From Candidatus Nomurabacteria bacterium (GTDB taxonomy: Bacteria > Patescibacteriota > Minisyncoccia > Phycocordibacterales > UBA9973), in NCBI GenBank assembly GCA_026395965.1, contig JAPLXS010000006.1, forward strand, positions 10,851-74,850: a DNA stretch of 64,000 nt, given 5' to 3'. Position numbers and translations under genes: made by a program. The notes below the pieces were generated by a model that was given only the letters and a program-made list of their open reading frames with translations, was not told where the DNA came from and did not search any database. Of this stretch, positions 60,371 to 64,000 are shown in pieces (positions within the stretch are counted from its first letter, which is position 1; every line of letters starts with the position of its first letter).

Positions 60371-61066
60371 TTAATCAAGCCAATCTTTAATTTCTAATGC
60401 GCCGCGTGCAGCAGCTTGTTCTGCTTCTTGTTTGGATTTTCCTTTTCCTTCAGCAATTAAATTATCTGCGAAAAATATCCCTATTGTAAAATGTTTGTCA
60501 TGATCAGGTCCTGCTTCATGCATTACTTTGTAGGCTGGAGTTACATTTAAATATTCTTGAGATTTTTCTTGAACCAAACTCTTTGGGTCACGCCACAACT
60601 TTTTTGCAACAATCAAATCTATCTTATTAAAAAGGGTTTTAGCAATAAAATCTTTTGCTACATCATACCCTCTATCAAGATACACAGCTCCAACATAAGC
60701 TTCATAAGTATTTGCTAGTATATACCCGCGGGCTTTGCCTATATCTTTTGCTTCTCCTTTTGAAAGAAGTAAGTATTCATTCATACCTAAACTAAGAGCA
60801 ACTTCGCCCACTATCACAGCATTTACAAGAGATGAGCGGTAAGCAGTCAAATCACCTTCATCTCTGTCTGGATATTTATTGTATAAATAGTCAGTAATAA
60901 TAAGCTCTAGTACAGCATCACCCAAAAATTCCAAACGTTCATTGTGTGAGAGCTTGGAACCTGTATTTTCATTGATATATGAACGATGAATAAAAGCCTG
61001 TTCTAATAATTTTTTATTATTAAAAACAATATTTGTTTTTTTTTCAAACTGTGAGAAGTCAATCAT
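60371..61066 (-). CDS. rnc: Ribonuclease III
   Basis: NERLEFLGDAVL, dsRBD. Confidence 0.97.
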   Translation of the reverse strand: MIDFSQFEKKTNIVFNNKKLLEQAFIHRSYINENTGSKLSHNERLEFLGDAVLELIITDYLYNKYPDRDEGDLTAYRSSLVNAVIVGEVALSLGMNEYLLLSKGEAKDIGKARGYILANTYEAYVGAVYLDRGYDVAKDFIAKTLFNKIDLIVAKKLWRDPKSLVQEKSQEYLNVTPAYKVMHEAGPDHDKHFTIGIFFADNLIAEGKGKSKQEAEQAAARGALEIKDWLD

Positions 61067-61092
61067 TGTAATTAGTTTCTAACAGCTAGATG

Positions 61093-62007
61093 CTAAGCAC
61101 TAGCTTGTTTTGTTGTTAAAATTTCTATCGCTTTAGTCAAAAGAGGAATCATGTTGTCGTACATCCTAAGACCAGGAACTTCACTTAATGAAAACCAACG
61201 AGCATCATCGAGACCGCCTGTACCTTTTTCAAGAGTTATTTCAGAGCATTCTGATTCTCCCAAAAAGAAGACTACTTGTTTTCTGATTTTTCCTTTTTCT
61301 GGATGATTTGCAATATATTCGTTACGTCCAAGCAATTCTTTTATCTTTATGTCTAGATTCATTTCTTCTTTTATTTCACGAATAGCTCCTTCTTCTTCAT
61401 TTTCTCCTTCTTCTATACTTCCTTTTGACAGAGTCCAGTAGCCAAAAATATCATGAACAAATGCAAAATATATTTCGTCATCTTTTTTAGAATAAACAAC
61501 AGATCCTGCCTTTTTTTCTATTGGAAATTTTGCTGGGTCTGTTTCAAAAACTTTATTCTTTTTCTTTCCAACTTCATCTTTTCCTGGTTCACCTATTTCT
61601 TTGTAGACACCTCCAAGAACTCCGTTTATGAACTTACTTGAATTCTCTCCACCAAAACTTTTAGCAAGTTCAATGGATTCATTGATAGCAACTTTTGGAG
61701 GAACCTGAGTTCTATCACCAAAAAGAAGCTCGTATAAACCTATGCGGATTATATTACGGTCAACAATAGATATTTTGTCGATAGGCCAATCAGGAGCTGC
61801 TTTTTCTATTATCTCATCTATTATAGATTTCTTCTTTACAACACCAAGAAAAAGCTCAGTCATAAATTCTGAATCATCTAAGCCAGGACCAAACTCTTCT
61901 ATATTTCGGACAAGCATGTCCTCGGGGGTTATGTCTTTAGTAACAGCAAAATCCCACTCAAAGAGTGTTTGTAAAACAATTGAACGTGAAAGGTGCCTGT
62001 TTGCCAT
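61093..62007 (-). CDS. nusB: NusB fused to a C-terminal Nudix hydrolase domain
   Basis: VDRNIIR..VAINESIELAK..KFINGVL; Nudix box GSIEEGENEEEGAIREIKEEMNL. Confidence 0.9.
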   Translation of the reverse strand: MANRHLSRSIVLQTLFEWDFAVTKDITPEDMLVRNIEEFGPGLDDSEFMTELFLGVVKKKSIIDEIIEKAAPDWPIDKISIVDRNIIRIGLYELLFGDRTQVPPKVAINESIELAKSFGGENSSKFINGVLGGVYKEIGEPGKDEVGKKKNKVFETDPAKFPIEKKAGSVVYSKKDDEIYFAFVHDIFGYWTLSKGSIEEGENEEEGAIREIKEEMNLDIKIKELLGRNEYIANHPEKGKIRKQVVFFLGESECSEITLEKGTGGLDDARWFSLSEVPGLRMYDNMIPLLTKAIEILTTKQASA

Positions 62008-62079
62008 AATATTATGTAGTACGAAGTATGTAGTATGTAGAAAGTAGTAAGATTTATAAACCTTACTACCTATTACTTA

Positions 62080-62292
62080 CTACTTACTACTTTTTTTAGC
62101 TTGTTTTTTTTCAACTTTTTTAACCACATCTAGAACTTTGCGTCCACGGTAAAAACCACAATGAGTACAAACAATGTGAGTTTCCTTTTTCTGCTCACAA
62201 TTTGTACATGTAGTAAAAACAGGCGCTTTTAGCGCATGATGTGATCTTCTGTTCCCTGTATGGGAACGTGTGTGTCTCATTCGTATAACCAT
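62080..62292 (-). CDS. rpmF: 50S ribosomal protein L32
   Basis: RRSHHAL, CTNC..HIVCTHCGFYRG. Confidence 0.93.
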   Translation of the reverse strand: MVIRMRHTRSHTGNRRSHHALKAPVFTTCTNCEQKKETHIVCTHCGFYRGRKVLDVVKKVEKKQAKKSSK

Positions 62293-62376
62293 ATAGATAG
62301 TATACTGATTTTCAATAAAAAGGCAAATAAAAACACGAACCCATTAAGATTCGTGCTTTAAATGATTACCATACTA

Positions 62377-63126
62377 CTAATTTGCAGGTTTAAGAAAATC
62401 TTTTGCCTGAAGAAGAACAACCTCTGCCATATTATCAGTTCTTTCACTAATTTGAAAAAAAAGATTTATTGCATTTGAAAGGAACACCTTATGTGGTAAA
62501 TAGATATTTCCATTAATAAGATTTGTTAATGACTCGAAATAAGATGATTCAATATCTTCATCAGCTGACCCCGAATATTCATCAGGAGCATTTGAATTCA
62601 ACACAAGAAATGGATATTGAAAATGTTCTCCGCGCTTAACAAATCCACATTGTGCAGGAGATTCAAATTCAGTAATATTGCATTCATATTGAAGCTCTCT
62701 TCTTAATGTTGCTTCTTTAATGGAATCTTCAATGATCGTAATTTTACGTTCGTCAATTCCAGGAAAGTTCACAATAGCTTCTTCTATTTCAATTAAAGAT
62801 GATACAAACATATCTCTAATAGCAATTTTTTCCGAATTTGTTTTGTTCGACATCTTAGAAGTTTTTGAATCAAAAGATTCTGAAACTCCATTTATTAAAT
62901 CAAATAAATAATCCACTGAATCAGCTCTTAGTCCGATTCGATTTTGGACATTTTTTATGCCAATAATAATGTCTTGGAACTGAATAGTCCCACCCGGAAT
63001 TCTAATTTCAATGTTCTTTTTATGATCTGAGTTGTTAATATATCTAACAACTTGAATCATAATAGAATCATTAATTATCTTTACACAAATACCTGCGCAA
63101 AAGAAATTTAAATTAATCTTTTTCAT
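62377..63126 (-). CDS. Hypothetical protein, possibly Nudix fold with large insertion
   Basis: RIPGG ... EATLRRELQYECNI. Confidence 0.55.
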   Translation of the reverse strand: MKKINLNFFCAGICVKIINDSIMIQVVRYINNSDHKKNIEIRIPGGTIQFQDIIIGIKNVQNRIGLRADSVDYLFDLINGVSESFDSKTSKMSNKTNSEKIAIRDMFVSSLIEIEEAIVNFPGIDERKITIIEDSIKEATLRRELQYECNITEFESPAQCGFVKRGEHFQYPFLVLNSNAPDEYSGSADEDIESSYFESLTNLINGNIYLPHKVFLSNAINLFFQISERTDNMAEVVLLQAKDFLKPAN

Positions 63127-63260
63127 TTTTAATTTTTTTAAGGTTTTTTTTAATATTAACATAATAAGTCAACAAAGTCAATACCTTTAATATAAGGTAT
63201 TGACTTTAAATACATAAAGTCTTGTTTTTTATACCTATTAATTGTATTATATAAATATAT

Positions 63261-63399
63261 AGAGATTGTCATGGCTACCAACCATAATCCTTGTAAATAG
63301 GAAAATATCAATCCCTAGAAAAGAACAAAGTTGGGTGGAACCGCGACAAGACTCGCCCCGACAAAAAATGATGATTCATTTTTTGTCGGGGCCTTTTTT
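63261..63399 (+). promoter_or_regulatory. T-box riboswitch upstream of thrS
   Basis: AAAGTTGGGTGGAACCGCG T-box motif, cgcccc antiterminator partner, strong terminator gccccgacaaaaaatga..tcattttttgtcggggc-T6. Confidence 0.85.
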
Positions 63400-63422
63400 A
63401 TTTATTAATTTAAAACGACGTA

Positions 63423-63500
63423 ATTAAATATAAAATTTTTTAATGGTCTGACACCTCGTCCTCCATCGTCCGAGGACCTTAAAAAATTTTGATATTTAAT
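63423..63500. mobile_element. Family B element in the thrS leader
   Basis: 36-nt core 32/36 identical to tgt 26132-26167, flanked by AT-rich inverted arms. Confidence 0.65.
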
Positions 63501-63517
63501 GAAGTCATTAAAAACCC

Positions 63518-64000
63518 ATGGAAAACGACGAACACTTAGCTCATATAAGACATACACTCGCTCATTTGCTTGCGCAAGCAGCTCATATACACTACCCAAA
63601 TTCCCTATTAACTCTCGGACCATCTGTAGACAATGGTTTTTATTATGATATTGATTTTGGAAAAGATAAAATAAGCGATGAAGATTTAGTTGAATTAGAA
63701 AAAACTATGAAGAAAAATCTTTCTACATGGATAGAATTTACACACAAAGAAGTATCAGGAGATGAAGCAAAAGATATTTTTAAAGGTAATCTTTACAAAC
63801 TAGAATTAATAGAAGAGATCATCGCTCGCGGAGAAAAAATAACTCTCTACACTTGTGGTGGTTTTACAGATCTTTGTCGTGGTGGACATGCAGAAAATCC
63901 ATCCAAAGAAATACCTATTGATTCATTTAAGCTAGAACGAATTGCTGGGGCCTACTGGCGTGGAAATGAAAAGAATAAAATGCTTACTCGTATTTACGGT
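63518..64000 (+). CDS. thrS: Threonyl-tRNA synthetase, 5' part (runs off the window; absent from the ORF track)
   Basis: Translates MENDEHLAHIRHTLAHLLAQA..GPSVDNGFYYD..DLCRGGH..AGAYWRG..MLTRIYG. Confidence 0.95.
   Translation, partial: MENDEHLAHIRHTLAHLLAQAAHIHYPNSLLTLGPSVDNGFYYDIDFGKDKISDEDLVELEKTMKKNLSTWIEFTHKEVSGDEAKDIFKGNLYKLELIEEIIARGEKITLYTCGGFTDLCRGGHAENPSKEIPIDSFKLERIAGAYWRGNEKNKMLTRIYG

Noticed and set aside
230-63126. Alternative genetic code (UGA recoding as in Gracilibacteria/SR1)
   Set aside because: Conserved genes are full length under code 11.
63405-63623. 72-aa minus-strand ORF sharing LRSSD..GRG.RP with ORF 25952..26179
   Set aside because: It overlaps thrS antisense; the shared peptide simply reflects the family B DNA core.
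1-64000. CRISPR array, integron, prophage or autonomous transposase
   Set aside because: No regularly spaced direct repeats, and no cas, integrase, phage or transposase ORFs were recognised.

Overview
This is an AT-rich chromosomal window from a small-genome bacterium. Gene content points to Patescibacteria/CPR, probably Parcubacteria (inference from HTH-MurA, paired VirD4-like ATPases, short SMC, archaeal-type ProRS and pilin clusters). It reads cleanly in genetic code 11. Most of it is housekeeping: murA, eno, pyk, ddl, uvrABC, tgt, mreBC, proS, rpsB-tsf, rpoD-dnaG-rpoC-rpoB, trmD-khpA-rpsP, rnr, smc-rnc-nusB-rpmF, partial thrS, tRNA-Ala(TGC) and tRNA-Thr(TGT). Accessory parts are a methylase/DUF262-HNH/NYN cassette and a three-pilin cluster. 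The most interesting signal lies outside the gene list. (1) A REP/REPIN-like palindrome family occurs intergenically and as in-frame insertions in uvrC, tgt and trmD. (2) A second element with a conserved 36-nt core and unrelated arms occurs in tgt and in the thrS leader. (3) Both tRNAs are followed by ~115-120 bp elements bounded by inverted copies of their own T-arm. (4) Two unrelated orphan genes share a boxA-like motif plus a covarying 23-bp hairpin leader. (5) A promoter-to-terminator ~75-nt candidate sRNA faces the NYN nuclease gene. (6) A T-box with an apparently ultrashort stem I precedes thrS. (7) DsbA appears circularly permuted. All alignments were done by eye and no database searches were run.
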